Part shown: positions 7,894 to 17,146 of the stretch, piece after piece
How positions within the stretch are numbered: the stretch's first letter is position 1
How the letters are laid out: each line of letters opens with the position of its first letter
Assembly (NCBI GenBank): GCA_963741945.1
Contig: CAVUKA010000001.1
Span: 1,184,001-1,248,000, forward strand
Source: an uncultured Gemmatimonadales bacterium
Lineage (GTDB): Bacteria; Gemmatimonadota; Gemmatimonadetes; Longimicrobiales; RSA9
Length of the DNA stretch: 64,000 nt
Direction: 5' to 3'
Translations under genes and position numbers: made by a program
Notes under the pieces: model-generated
Seen by the model: the letters and a program-made list of their open reading frames with translations, nothing else
Told to the model about the DNA's origin: nothing
The model's database searches: none

Positions 7894-7930
7894 GAAAGCG
7901 CCGCAAGGGTTTAACCCCTGCGGCGCTTTC
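7894..7930. terminator. Likely bidirectional terminator between the tRNA array and the tricorn gene
   Basis: GAAAGCGCCGCA / TGCGGCGCTTTC inverted repeat between convergent units. Confidence 0.7.
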
Positions 7931-7968
7931 TGCGTTCGATCAATCTGCCGCCTTCGCGTTCCGGCCCG

Positions 7969-10900
7969 CTACGTCCCCGGCTCGTCGGGGCGTGCCGCCT
8001 TCTTCACGAACGGCGGGTGCGCGCTCGGTTTCACGTGGTCGGTGGCAAGCAGCCTCATGGCCTCGGCCACGGCGCGTTCGAGCTGGGGATCGCGGCCGGC
8101 GGCATAGGCTTTCGCATCGAAGTAGACGGGGATGTCGGGGGGGACGCCCTCGTTCTCGGCCACCCAGTGGTCGCCGGAGAAAACGGCGCTGCAGGGGGAA
8201 GTGATGTAGCCGCCGTCGACGAGAGCATAGGGCCTGCATGCGGCGACGAGGCCGCCCCAGGTGCGCTGGCCGATGAGCGGACCGATGCCAAGCTGGCGGA
8301 AGGCCCAGGGGAAGTAGTCGCCGCCGGAGCCGGCGAGCTCGTTGATGAGCAGCACCTTGGGCCCGAGGATCCCGGCCATGGGGAGGCGGTAGTCGGTACC
8401 GTGAGCGGCGTCGTTGGTGACGCCGCCGATGAGCGTGCGGCCCATGAGATCGACCATGTAGTCGTCGAGGAGCCCACCGCCGTTGAAGCGCTCGTCGATG
8501 ACCGCGCCGTCGCGGTCCTGCTGGGCAAAGAAGTAGCGGTTGAAGTTGACGAACCCGCTTCCGCCGGTGTTCGGCACCCAGACGTAGGCCAGCCGGCCAT
8601 TGGAGAGCGAGTCGACCATGCGGCGGTTGTCCTCGACCCACGCGCGCTGCCGGAGCGCGCCCTCGCTGCGCACCGGAACGACGGTGACCGTCCACGATCC
8701 GTCGAGCGCGGGCCGGCTGTTCAGGCGCAGCACCGTCTGCTGGTCGGCGGTCCCGTCCAGCCACTGGTACGGGTTGTCGGCAGCCGTGAGCTCGCGGCCG
8801 TTCACGGCCAGGAGGTAGTCGCCTTCGGACGCGTGCACACCCGGCGCGGCCAGCGGGGCCGAGAGCTCCGGGTTCCAGCTCTCCGCGGTCAGGATCCGCT
8901 GGATGCGCCAGCGGCCGTTGCGGACCACGAGGTCGGCGCCCAGCAGCCCGCCCCGCACCGTGTCCACGGCCGGGTAGTCGCCGCCGCCCGTGAAGCTGTG
9001 GCCGACGCTCAGCTCGCCGCCGACCTGATCGAGGATGTAGCGCAGGTCCTCGCGGCTCCGCACGTACGGCACGAGCGGGGCGTAGCGCGCGTGGACGGCC
9101 GCCCAGTCGGCGCCGTGGAGTCCCGGGTCATAGAAGAAGTCGCGCTCGATCCGCCACGCTTCCTCGAAAACCTGCCGCCATTCCTCGGCCGGGTCGACCC
9201 GCATCCGGAGTGCGACGTCGAGCTTTCCGTCGCCGGGCTTGGGCGGGGACCCTGTCCCGACGACGTGCCACGACGACCCCGACCGGTGGAGCAGCTTCGA
9301 CCCGTCGCGCGAGAGGGCGAAGCTGCGCGCGCCTTCCAGGAACGTGTCGTCCTTCCGCTTCTCCATGTCGAACCGATGCAGCGTGAGGCCGGGCGCGTTC
9401 TCCGGGCGCTCGGCCAGGAACACCACGCCTCGCGGCCCCGCGGCCAGCTCCACGTAGCGGCGCACGGGCAGCGGCAGCGCCACGATGCGCCGGGCGACGC
9501 CGGCCGTGTCGATGCGCACGTCCACGGCCGAGTCCGCGCCTCCCGTTTCCGACGGCAACGCCCGGGCGCCCGCGCCAGCGCCGCCGCCGGTGCCCGCCTG
9601 GGCGTCCGGGGCATGGCCCGGCTCGTCGTCGCTCTCGGGCATGAACGGGGTCCGGTCGTCGCTCCGCAGCACGGCCACATACGCGCCGTATGTGGGGTCC
9701 GCCTGCGCGTTGCTCAGGTTGGCCCATCCACTGGCGAGGCCGAGGTCGGTGCTGGCGAGGAAGTAGAGCCAGCGCCCGCCGGCGTCCCAGGCCGGGGAGA
9801 CGGCGTCGGCGAGCGGATCGGTAAGCGGCGTCGCCTTGCCGGTGTCCAGCGACCAGGCGACGATGCGGTGGAAGTGGTTCGCGTACTCCTTCGCGTACGC
9901 CAGCCATCTGGAGTCGGGGGACCAGGTCAGCCCGAGGCCGCGCCGGTTCTGGATCGTGCCGTCCACGTCCGCGGTGCGGAGCGTTCCGCTCGCCAGCTCC
10001 ATGACGTGGATCCGCGCTCGCTGGTCCACCCACGCCAGCCGCTGGCCGTCCGGTGACCATGTGGCCGACCACGCGTACTTCGTCTCGTCCCCCAGATCGA
10101 GCGCGCGGGCTTCCCCGAGCCCGTCCTGGTCACCGACCATCAGGCGGTAACCCTCGCCTGCATCGGAAAACCACGCCACTGTGGACCCGTCGGGCGACCA
10201 GAGGGGGGAGCGGTCGGCGGCGCCGGAGGAGCGCGTGAGGTTCCTCGGATCGCCCTTCTCCGCCGGAATCGTGAAGATCTCGCCCCGGGCCTCGAACAGC
10301 GCCCGCTTCCCGGTGGGTGAAAGCGAGGCCGACGCGATTTCGTCGCTCACGGCCTCCCAGTGGGGCGCCGCCCACGGGAATTCGCCGCGCACCGTCACAT
10401 CCAGCTTTCGCGCCTGACCGCTGCCAGGATCCAGGAGCCAGAGCCAGCCATCCTGCTCGAACGCCAGCGCATCGCTCGCGCCGCCGCCCAGCGCCTTCAC
10501 ATCGGCATCGGCGAAGCGGGTGACCTGCGCCAGGTCGCCCGTGGCCACGTCGTAGCGCCACACGTTCGTGGCATGGCCACGGTCGGAGAGGAACCAGATG
10601 CGATCCCCCAGCCATACCGGCTGTGTGTCGGTGGTGCGCTCATTGGGGAGCATCACCTCGGAGAGGTCGTCCAGGTCCAGGATGGTGAGCGCCGTGTTCT
10701 GGCCGCCACGGTAGTTCCGGAACTCACTGTCCCACCGCGGGACCCGGTCGATGACGAGCCGCCTCCCGTCGGGCGAGAACGACGCCCTCGCCGCCATGGG
10801 CTCCGGCACTTCATGCGACGGTCCCCCTTCCGCGGGAACGAGCCACAGCCGCGTGTATCCCACCGGCGCGGACGCTCGGGCGGACGCGTACAGGACTTCG

Positions 10901-11334
10901 TCGCCGTCTGGCGTCCAGCCGCGGGCTTCCGCGCCACCGCCCGGATACCACGTCAGGCGACGCGGCTCCCCACCCTGCGCGGCCACCACCCAGACCTGGT
11001 CCGATCCGGTCCGGTTGGACGTAAAGGCGATCTGCCTGCCATCGGGGGAGAAGTGCGGGCCGGTCTCGATGGCGGGAGTGGCCGTGAGTCGACGGGCCTC
11101 CCCACCCTGCCGTCCCACTACCCAGAGGTCGCCGCCGTACTCGAACGCGACCTCGGTGGCGGAGACGGTGGGGGATCGGAGGAGGCGCGTCGGCTGCCCC
11201 GGCGTACCCTGCCCCGCGAGCGGGCGACCGCCGCCGGTCGAGGACAGCGCGACACCTCCGAGGAGGGCCAGAAGGGCGAGGACGCGAACGCTGCGCGCCC
11301 GGGCGGGCGCGGGCCGGGAACGGGACGAAGGCAT
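7969..11334 (-). CDS. Tricorn protease homolog (S41 peptidase, beta-propeller + PDZ)
   Basis: Signal peptide, PD40-like repeats (FSPDGRQIAF), YRGGQ, IDERFNGGG, AGSGGD catalytic Ser, GQRTWGGL, ENEGVPPDI. Confidence 0.95.
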   Translation of the reverse strand: MPSSRSRPAPARARSVRVLALLALLGGVALSSTGGGRPLAGQGTPGQPTRLLRSPTVSATEVAFEYGGDLWVVGRQGGEARRLTATPAIETGPHFSPDGRQIAFTSNRTGSDQVWVVAAQGGEPRRLTWYPGGGAEARGWTPDGDEVLYASARASAPVGYTRLWLVPAEGGPSHEVPEPMAARASFSPDGRRLVIDRVPRWDSEFRNYRGGQNTALTILDLDDLSEVMLPNERTTDTQPVWLGDRIWFLSDRGHATNVWRYDVATGDLAQVTRFADADVKALGGGASDALAFEQDGWLWLLDPGSGQARKLDVTVRGEFPWAAPHWEAVSDEIASASLSPTGKRALFEARGEIFTIPAEKGDPRNLTRSSGAADRSPLWSPDGSTVAWFSDAGEGYRLMVGDQDGLGEARALDLGDETKYAWSATWSPDGQRLAWVDQRARIHVMELASGTLRTADVDGTIQNRRGLGLTWSPDSRWLAYAKEYANHFHRIVAWSLDTGKATPLTDPLADAVSPAWDAGGRWLYFLASTDLGLASGWANLSNAQADPTYGAYVAVLRSDDRTPFMPESDDEPGHAPDAQAGTGGGAGAGARALPSETGGADSAVDVRIDTAGVARRIVALPLPVRRYVELAAGPRGVVFLAERPENAPGLTLHRFDMEKRKDDTFLEGARSFALSRDGSKLLHRSGSSWHVVGTGSPPKPGDGKLDVALRMRVDPAEEWRQVFEEAWRIERDFFYDPGLHGADWAAVHARYAPLVPYVRSREDLRYILDQVGGELSVGHSFTGGGDYPAVDTVRGGLLGADLVVRNGRWRIQRILTAESWNPELSAPLAAPGVHASEGDYLLAVNGRELTAADNPYQWLDGTADQQTVLRLNSRPALDGSWTVTVVPVRSEGALRQRAWVEDNRRMVDSLSNGRLAYVWVPNTGGSGFVNFNRYFFAQQDRDGAVIDERFNGGGLLDDYMVDLMGRTLIGGVTNDAAHGTDYRLPMAGILGPKVLLINELAGSGGDYFPWAFRQLGIGPLIGQRTWGGLVAACRPYALVDGGYITSPCSAVFSGDHWVAENEGVPPDIPVYFDAKAYAAGRDPQLERAVAEAMRLLATDHVKPSAHPPFVKKAARPDEPGT

Positions 11335-11525
11335 GCGTCACCTCGTTTCGGAACGGGACCGTGTGTGCGGGGAGCACAACGTACGGTCTCGCCTCCGCCC
11401 GTGTCGAGGCGCCGCCGGGTGCGGGCGCAGCCGACGGGAGCGGGGCGCGGCGCCGGCCCCCGCTCCCCGCCCAGACGCCGCTCAGCCTCCGTTGTCCTGG
11501 AAGCCTTCGGCCGCGGCCGCCCGGG

Positions 11526-12101
11526 CTATGGTGTGCCCGGCTGCTGGATGTGGATGTCGCTCTCGTTCACGACCAGGAAGATCGGCTGCTGCTGCGCGAT
11601 GTTGCGGGTATCCTGGTCGAGGGGCACGCCCGGGACCTGCCCCAGGTAGTCGGGCCCGCGCAGCGTGCCGCCGGTGATCCGCAACCGCTGGCCGGGGTTG
11701 ATGTCCACCGGCTGCTCGTTGGGCTGGTCGATCACGATGGCGAACAGCCGGTTGCCGTTCTCTTCGAGCCAGAACCCGCGATCGGTGGGCACTTCGGGGA
11801 CGGACGCCTCCACAGTCGGGAGCGAGCGCCCCATGTATTCCTGCGGGTTGGCCGTGATGTCGCCGAACTGGACGTTCGGGCTGACCACATTGGCCGGCTC
11901 GGTGGTGGCGGGCGCACCCATGGCGCCGGTTTCCGCGGCCGGGGCCGCCGCACCCACGGGCGCGGTGACTTCCGCCACATCGCCGACGTCGTTGTTCGGC
12001 CAGGCCCACCAGACGATCAGCCCGATGATCAGCAGCCCCACCACCCACCAGACCCACCCGGCTCCGCCGCGCCGCCTGCGTTCCAGATCGATGTCCGCCA
12101 T
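11526..12101 (-). CDS. Hypothetical single-pass membrane protein
   Basis: RBS GGAGG; MADIDLERRRR followed by a Trp-rich TM helix and a globular C-terminal domain. Confidence 0.65.
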   Translation of the reverse strand: MADIDLERRRRGGAGWVWWVVGLLIIGLIVWWAWPNNDVGDVAEVTAPVGAAAPAAETGAMGAPATTEPANVVSPNVQFGDITANPQEYMGRSLPTVEASVPEVPTDRGFWLEENGNRLFAIVIDQPNEQPVDINPGQRLRITGGTLRGPDYLGQVPGVPLDQDTRNIAQQQPIFLVVNESDIHIQQPGTP

Positions 12102-12168
12102 GCTGTCCTCCCTGTTCGTCGCCCTGTTCGTCGAAACTCTCTGCCTGCCGCGGGCTCGCCGCTTCGCT

Positions 12169-13035
12169 TCAGCGCGGCTCGGGTCCGCGCGGCAGGGTGT
12201 TCAGCTCCCGGGACCGGTAGCGCGGGTGCTCGTACTCCCGCTCGCCCGAATACGCCTCGTCGAATCGGCGGGTGAGGTCCCGCTCGAAGCCCCGGCCGAT
12301 GGGACCGCCCTCGTAGGCGGGAATACGGGCGAACCGATCCCGTTCCAGTCCGGTGAGCACCACCCGCTTCTCCGCCCGATCGACGTCGACGTGGCCGGTG
12401 GGGATCAGCACGTTGCGGCGTCCGCCCGGGACATCCTCGTCCAGCTCCACATCGAGGTAGCGCACTTTCATGGCGCCGGTGTCGCCGATGAGGTGCTCCA
12501 CGCGGCCCGTATGTCGGTCCGCCGCGTCCACCACCTCCCAGCCGCGCGGGTCCGGGTCGTGCTCGGCCACTTCGACGTCGTCCAGGCGGTCGACGCGCGC
12601 CACCGTCCTGTCCGGCTCCTCGAACTCCGTCCGCCTCCACGCGGCGCCGTAGTGGGCGCGCTGGTAGTAGTCCTCGTCGCGATAGGCGCGATCGTAGGCG
12701 GTGGTCAGTGACCGCGCGTAGTCGGACGTGATCCGCTTCGGCTCGTGGTCATACTTCGGCAGCGCGCGCACCGCGTCCCTGTCCAGCCCGGGCAGTCGGA
12801 TCACTCGCTCGGAAGCATCCACGCGCGTTTCACCGCTCGGCATCAGGATGTGGCCACCACCTTCCACATCCACGTCCACGAACCGCGCGCGGCCGTCCTC
12901 GGCCAGGAGCACGTCGTGGACCCGTCCCACCGTCTCTTCGTCGGCGCCCGTGCGCACTTCCCAGTCGCGCACGTCGTAGGCGTCTTCCCCGAAATGGACA
13001 TCCGGTCGCTCGGACAAAGGCTGGAATCGCGCCAC
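12169..13035 (-). CDS. Tandem PRC-barrel domain protein
   Basis: GTG start with AGGAGG RBS; two repeats DVRDWEV...VGRVHDVLL...RFVDV and DPRGWEVVD...GRVEHLIGD...VRYLDVEL. Confidence 0.85.
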   Translation of the reverse strand: MARFQPLSERPDVHFGEDAYDVRDWEVRTGADEETVGRVHDVLLAEDGRARFVDVDVEGGGHILMPSGETRVDASERVIRLPGLDRDAVRALPKYDHEPKRITSDYARSLTTAYDRAYRDEDYYQRAHYGAAWRRTEFEEPDRTVARVDRLDDVEVAEHDPDPRGWEVVDAADRHTGRVEHLIGDTGAMKVRYLDVELDEDVPGGRRNVLIPTGHVDVDRAEKRVVLTGLERDRFARIPAYEGGPIGRGFERDLTRRFDEAYSGEREYEHPRYRSRELNTLPRGPEPR

Positions 13036-13184
13036 GGGATCCTCCTCCTGTACTGGTGCTTCTGACGCGGGCCGCTCCGGGCCGCCACGGCGCCGACGAA
13101 CCGGTGCCGCGGGGCGGGCGGCCCGATCGTGAAGCATGCAAAAGAGGGTCCGGATCGGGACGGGTGTGGGGGTGGGGGTGGGGC

Positions 13185-13817
13185 TCAGCGGTAGTCGGCG
13201 AACGCGACCAGGGCGTCCGCCATCTCTTCCGCCGAGAGCAGCACGGGCTCGCCCGCCTGCAGCGCGCGCCAGTACAGCTCGGCCAGCCTTTCCACTCCCG
13301 CGGCCAGCTCCAGCGCGACCGGGAGCGAAGCGCCGATGGCGAGCATTCCGTGGTTGGCCAGCAGGCAGGCACGCCGGTCCCGGAGCGCCTCGACCGCGAG
13401 ATCGCCCAGCGCGGGGGTGCCGAACGTGGCGTAGCCGGAGCAGCGGATGGAGTCGCCGCCCGCGAGGGCGATCATGTAGTGGAAAGGCGGGATCCCGCGG
13501 CGCATCGTCGCAAGCGTGGTGCAGAAGGTCGAATGGGCATGGACGATGGCGTCGGCATCGGGCCGCGCCCGATAGATGGCCGCGTGCATCGGCCACTCGC
13601 TCGTGGGCTTCCGCTCTCCTTCCAGCACTCGCCCGTCCATGGCCACGCGCACGATGTCGGCGGTGCCCATCTCCGCGTACGGGAACGCCGAGGGTGTCAC
13701 GAGCATGCCGTCGTCCGCGCGCGCGCTCACGTTCCCGGACACACCGGGGCTCAGCCCCGTGTCGCTCATGCGACGGGCCGTCCGCACCACCGCCGCCCGC
13801 TGCGCCGTGTCCCTCAC
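13185..13817 (-). CDS. Class II aldolase/adducin family, probable methylthio-/deoxy-ribulose-1-phosphate aldolase (Ald2-like)
   Basis: SGNVSAR, TPS, PTSEWPMH, HAHS, LLANHG motifs; overlaps the mtnA stop. Confidence 0.85.
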   Translation of the reverse strand: MRDTAQRAAVVRTARRMSDTGLSPGVSGNVSARADDGMLVTPSAFPYAEMGTADIVRVAMDGRVLEGERKPTSEWPMHAAIYRARPDADAIVHAHSTFCTTLATMRRGIPPFHYMIALAGGDSIRCSGYATFGTPALGDLAVEALRDRRACLLANHGMLAIGASLPVALELAAGVERLAELYWRALQAGEPVLLSAEEMADALVAFADYR

Positions 13818-14935
13818 CCGGGCCCCTCCACTGGCGCGGCCCGTCCGTCCGCGTGCTCCGGGAACAGCCGCCGCAGCCCTTCCGCAGTCGCGGGCGCAAC
13901 TCCGCGCTCGGTGATCAGCCCGGTGACGAGGCGCGCAGGCGTGACATCGAACGCCGGGTTCGCCACCGTCGATCCCGCCGGAATGACGCGCACGGCCGCC
14001 ACCTCCCCCGTGTCCGTTGCGCCGCGGACGTGGGAGACTTCCGAGCCGTCGCGCTCTTCGATCGGGATCTCACGGCCGTCCGCCAGCGTCCAGTCGATGG
14101 ACGACGATGGCGCCGCCACGTAGAAGGGCACGGCGTTGTCCCGCGCCGCCAGCGCTTTCAGGTACGTGCCGATCTTGTTCGCCGCGTCGCCCGCTGCCGT
14201 GGTGCGGTCCGTGCCCACCAGGCACACGTCCACCCTGCCGCGCTGCATGAGGTGGCCGCCGGCGTTGTCCACCACAATGGTGTGCGGCACGCCGTGGTGC
14301 CCGAGCTCCCACGCCGTCAGGCTCGCACCCTGGTTCCGCGGCCGCGTCTCGTCCACCCACACGTGCACGGGCACTCCGGACTCGTGCGCCAGGTAGATCG
14401 GCGCGGTGGCCGTTCCCCAGTCCACCGTGGCCAGCCATCCGGCGTTGCAGTGGGTCAGGATCTCCACCGGACGACCCGGGTTGCGTGCGGCCATCTCCCG
14501 GATCAGCTTCAGACCGTGCTCGCCAATGCGGCGGTTCCGCGCCACATCGGCGTCCGCGATCCCGGCGGCCAGGTGGTACGCGGCGGCCGCCCGGTCGGTC
14601 GGGGGGAGCGGCGACACGGCATCCGTGACCTGGTCCAGCGCCCAGCGCAGGTTGACGGCCGTGGGTCGGGTGGCCAGCAGGCGATCCCGGACGGCGGCGA
14701 GGGCCGCATCGGTGGCGCCGTTCCGGAGCGCCAGCGCCATCCCGTACGCGGCGGTGGCGCCGATGAGCGGGGCTCCGCGAACCTGCATGGTGGCGATGGC
14801 CCCGGCCGCGCCTTCCAGATCCACGAGGCGCACGAGCCGGAATTCGTGCGGCAGGAGGGTCTGGTCGACGATGCGGACGGACCACCCGTCGTCATCCAGG
14901 AAGATGCTGCGATAGCCGACCCCGTCTACCTTCAT
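13814..14935 (-). CDS. mtnA: S-methyl-5-thioribose-1-phosphate isomerase
   Basis: VRGAPLIG, TRPTAVNL, LTHCNAGWLAT, DETRPRNQGA, ANKIGTY, NPAFDVTP. Confidence 0.95.
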   Translation of the reverse strand: MKVDGVGYRSIFLDDDGWSVRIVDQTLLPHEFRLVRLVDLEGAAGAIATMQVRGAPLIGATAAYGMALALRNGATDAALAAVRDRLLATRPTAVNLRWALDQVTDAVSPLPPTDRAAAAYHLAAGIADADVARNRRIGEHGLKLIREMAARNPGRPVEILTHCNAGWLATVDWGTATAPIYLAHESGVPVHVWVDETRPRNQGASLTAWELGHHGVPHTIVVDNAGGHLMQRGRVDVCLVGTDRTTAAGDAANKIGTYLKALAARDNAVPFYVAAPSSSIDWTLADGREIPIEERDGSEVSHVRGATDTGEVAAVRVIPAGSTVANPAFDVTPARLVTGLITERGVAPATAEGLRRLFPEHADGRAAPVEGPG

Positions 14936-15050
14936 GTCACCGCTTTCGGAAGCGCGTGGGCGCGCCGCCAGGCGGCCCGGGAGCGAACGATGGCGCACGG
15001 CCGCCGGACGGGGCAAGGGCCGGCCACACGGATCGGGGAACGGAGCGGGT

Positions 15051-15764
15051 ATGGACGTGCTGGGAATCGTGGGCGGGAGCGCATTCCTCGGGGGCGGCGA
15101 GCCGCCAGGCACGCGGCAGCGCGTGGTGGAGACGCCGCGCGGCAAGGTCGTGGCCCACATCGGCGATGGCTTCATCTTCCTGCTGCGCCACGGCCGGGAC
15201 CGCTATCGCCCGCCCCACCGCGTCACCCACCACGCCCACGCCCTCGCCTTCGAAGCGCTCGGCGTGCGCCGCGCCGTGGGCCTGTGCTCCGTGGGCGCGC
15301 TCGACCCCTCCCTCGATCCCGGGACGGCGGTTGTCCCTGACGACTATCTCTCCTTCCACGCACCACCCACCTTCGCCGAGGACGAGCGCCTGCACATCGT
15401 GCCCGTGCTGGATGAGCGACTCCGGCGCGCGCTCCTCCGTGTGGCGCGCGAAACGGACGGCCCCGTCCGCGATGGCGGCGTGTACGCCGAGACCCGCGGC
15501 CCCCGCTTCGAGACGCGGGCGGAGATCCGGCTGCTGGCCGATTACGCCCACGTCATCGGCATGACGGCCGCCTCCGAGGCCACACTCTTCCAGGAGCGGG
15601 GGATCCGCTACGCGGTGCTCGGGCTGGTGGACAACATGGCCAACGGCGTGGGAGCGACGGCGCTGACGCTGGACGCGTACGAGGCGCAGCTCGCCCGGAA
15701 CAGCGCCCGGGCGACGGCCATTGTGGCGATGCTGATCGAGCAGACGAACGGAGGCGGTGCGTGA
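15051..15764 (+). CDS. mtnP: MTAP/PNP family nucleoside phosphorylase, probably methylthioinosine-type
   Basis: GIVGGS, LRHG, SVGAL, GPRFETRAE, IGMT..SE, VDNMANG motifs. Confidence 0.8.
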   Translation: MDVLGIVGGSAFLGGGEPPGTRQRVVETPRGKVVAHIGDGFIFLLRHGRDRYRPPHRVTHHAHALAFEALGVRRAVGLCSVGALDPSLDPGTAVVPDDYLSFHAPPTFAEDERLHIVPVLDERLRRALLRVARETDGPVRDGGVYAETRGPRFETRAEIRLLADYAHVIGMTAASEATLFQERGIRYAVLGLVDNMANGVGATALTLDAYEAQLARNSARATAIVAMLIEQTNGGGA

Positions 15765-17050
15765 GGCTGGAGATCCGTGGGGCCGTGGTGGACGGCGGGC
15801 CGAAGGACATGGGAGTCGAGGATGGTCGCATCGGGTGGATCGGGAACGCGGGCCACGCCAGCGCCAGCCGGCCGCCGGGCGACCCGCCCGACCGGGTGAT
15901 CGACGCCCGCGGACTGCACGCGTTCCCCGGCCTCCGCAACGGTCACACCCACGCGGCCATGACGCTCTTCCGCGGCTGGGGCGACGACCTCCCGCTCATG
16001 GAGTGGCTGCGCACCCGGATCTGGCCGGCGGAAGCGAAGCTGTCGGAAGCGGACGTGTACGCCGGGACACGGCTGGCCCTGGTGGAGATGATCCGCTCCG
16101 GAACCACCTACTTCAACGACATGTACTGGCACCGCCCGGCCGTGGTGAGGGCGGTGGAGGAGATGGGGATCCGCGCGCACGTCGGATCCGTCTTCATCGA
16201 CCATGGCGACGCGAGCGGCGTCGAAGCGGGCGAGCAGCGCGCGTCGATCCTCCGGCAGGTCGAGGAGCGCGGATCGCTGGGGCCGCGCGTCCAGGTGGCG
16301 CTGGCGCCCCACGCCATCTATACCGTCGCCCCCGAGAGCCTGGAGTGGCTCGGCGTCCTCGCCGCCGAGCACGGCCTCCTCTTCCACATCCACCTCTCCG
16401 AGACCCGGGACGAAGTGGAGGCGTGCGTCGCGAAGCACGGCGTCCGCCCCGCCGAGTACCTCCGCCGGCGCGGGCTCCTCGGCCCCAACCTCGTGGCCGC
16501 CCACGGCGTCTATCTCGACCCCGGGGAGATGGAGCGCATGGCCGAGGCCGGCGCCACGGTCGTGACCAATCCCACCGCCAACATGAAGCTGGCGACGGGC
16601 GGGATCTTCGACTACGGGGCCGCGAAAGCCGCCGGACTGCGCGTGGCCCTCGGCACCGATGGCGCCGGGTCGAACAACAACCTGGACATGGTCGAGGAGA
16701 TGAAGACGGTGGCGCTGGTGCAGAAGCACCTGGCCGGAGATCCCACGGTCATGACCGCGCGCGACGCCCTCGGTCTGGCCACCACCGCCGCCGCCGAGGC
16801 GTTCGGGCTCGGCAGCGGCCGGCTCGAGCCGGGCGCCGCTGCGGACCTCATCCTCGTGGACCTGGCGGACCCGTCCACTCAGCCCGTGCACGACCCGGTC
16901 TCCGCGCTCGTCTATGCTGCCAATGGAAGCGCGGTCCACACCACCATCTGCGACGGCCGCGTGCTCATGCACGATCGGCGGCTGGAGGTGGCGGACAGCG
17001 CCGAGATCGTGGCGGAGGCGGTGCGAGCGGCGGAGCGGCTGGAGGGCTAG
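15761..17050 (+). CDS. mtaD: Amidohydrolase, MTA/SAH/5-prime-deoxyadenosine deaminase-like
   Basis: NGHTHAAMTLFRG, EMIRSGTT.FNDMY, APHAIY, HIHLSET, ANMKLA, LGTDGAGSNNNLDM. Confidence 0.85.
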   Translation: MRLEIRGAVVDGGPKDMGVEDGRIGWIGNAGHASASRPPGDPPDRVIDARGLHAFPGLRNGHTHAAMTLFRGWGDDLPLMEWLRTRIWPAEAKLSEADVYAGTRLALVEMIRSGTTYFNDMYWHRPAVVRAVEEMGIRAHVGSVFIDHGDASGVEAGEQRASILRQVEERGSLGPRVQVALAPHAIYTVAPESLEWLGVLAAEHGLLFHIHLSETRDEVEACVAKHGVRPAEYLRRRGLLGPNLVAAHGVYLDPGEMERMAEAGATVVTNPTANMKLATGGIFDYGAAKAAGLRVALGTDGAGSNNNLDMVEEMKTVALVQKHLAGDPTVMTARDALGLATTAAAEAFGLGSGRLEPGAAADLILVDLADPSTQPVHDPVSALVYAANGSAVHTTICDGRVLMHDRRLEVADSAEIVAEAVRAAERLEG

Positions 17051-17060
17051 AAGAGAGTCC

Positions 17061-17112
17061 GCCGGGTTGGCCGGGTTGGCCGGTTGGCCGGGTTGGCGGG
17101 TTGGGGGGTTGG
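17061..17112 (+). repeat. Short tandem repeat of GGTTG-containing 8-9 bp units
   Basis: Six units such as GCCGGGTTG between convergent genes. Confidence 0.7.
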
Positions 17113-17146
17113 CGGAGGCGGGCGGGGTGGGGACCGGAACGCGCCG

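Noticed and set aside
12169-13035. Photosynthetic reaction centre H subunit (puhA)
   Set aside because: Only tandem PRC-barrels with no N-terminal TM helix, and no puf/bch genes nearby; this domain is common in non-phototrophs
13185-13817. Fucose catabolism (fucA)
   Set aside because: No fucose isomerase, kinase or transporter; coupling to mtnA points to nucleoside salvage
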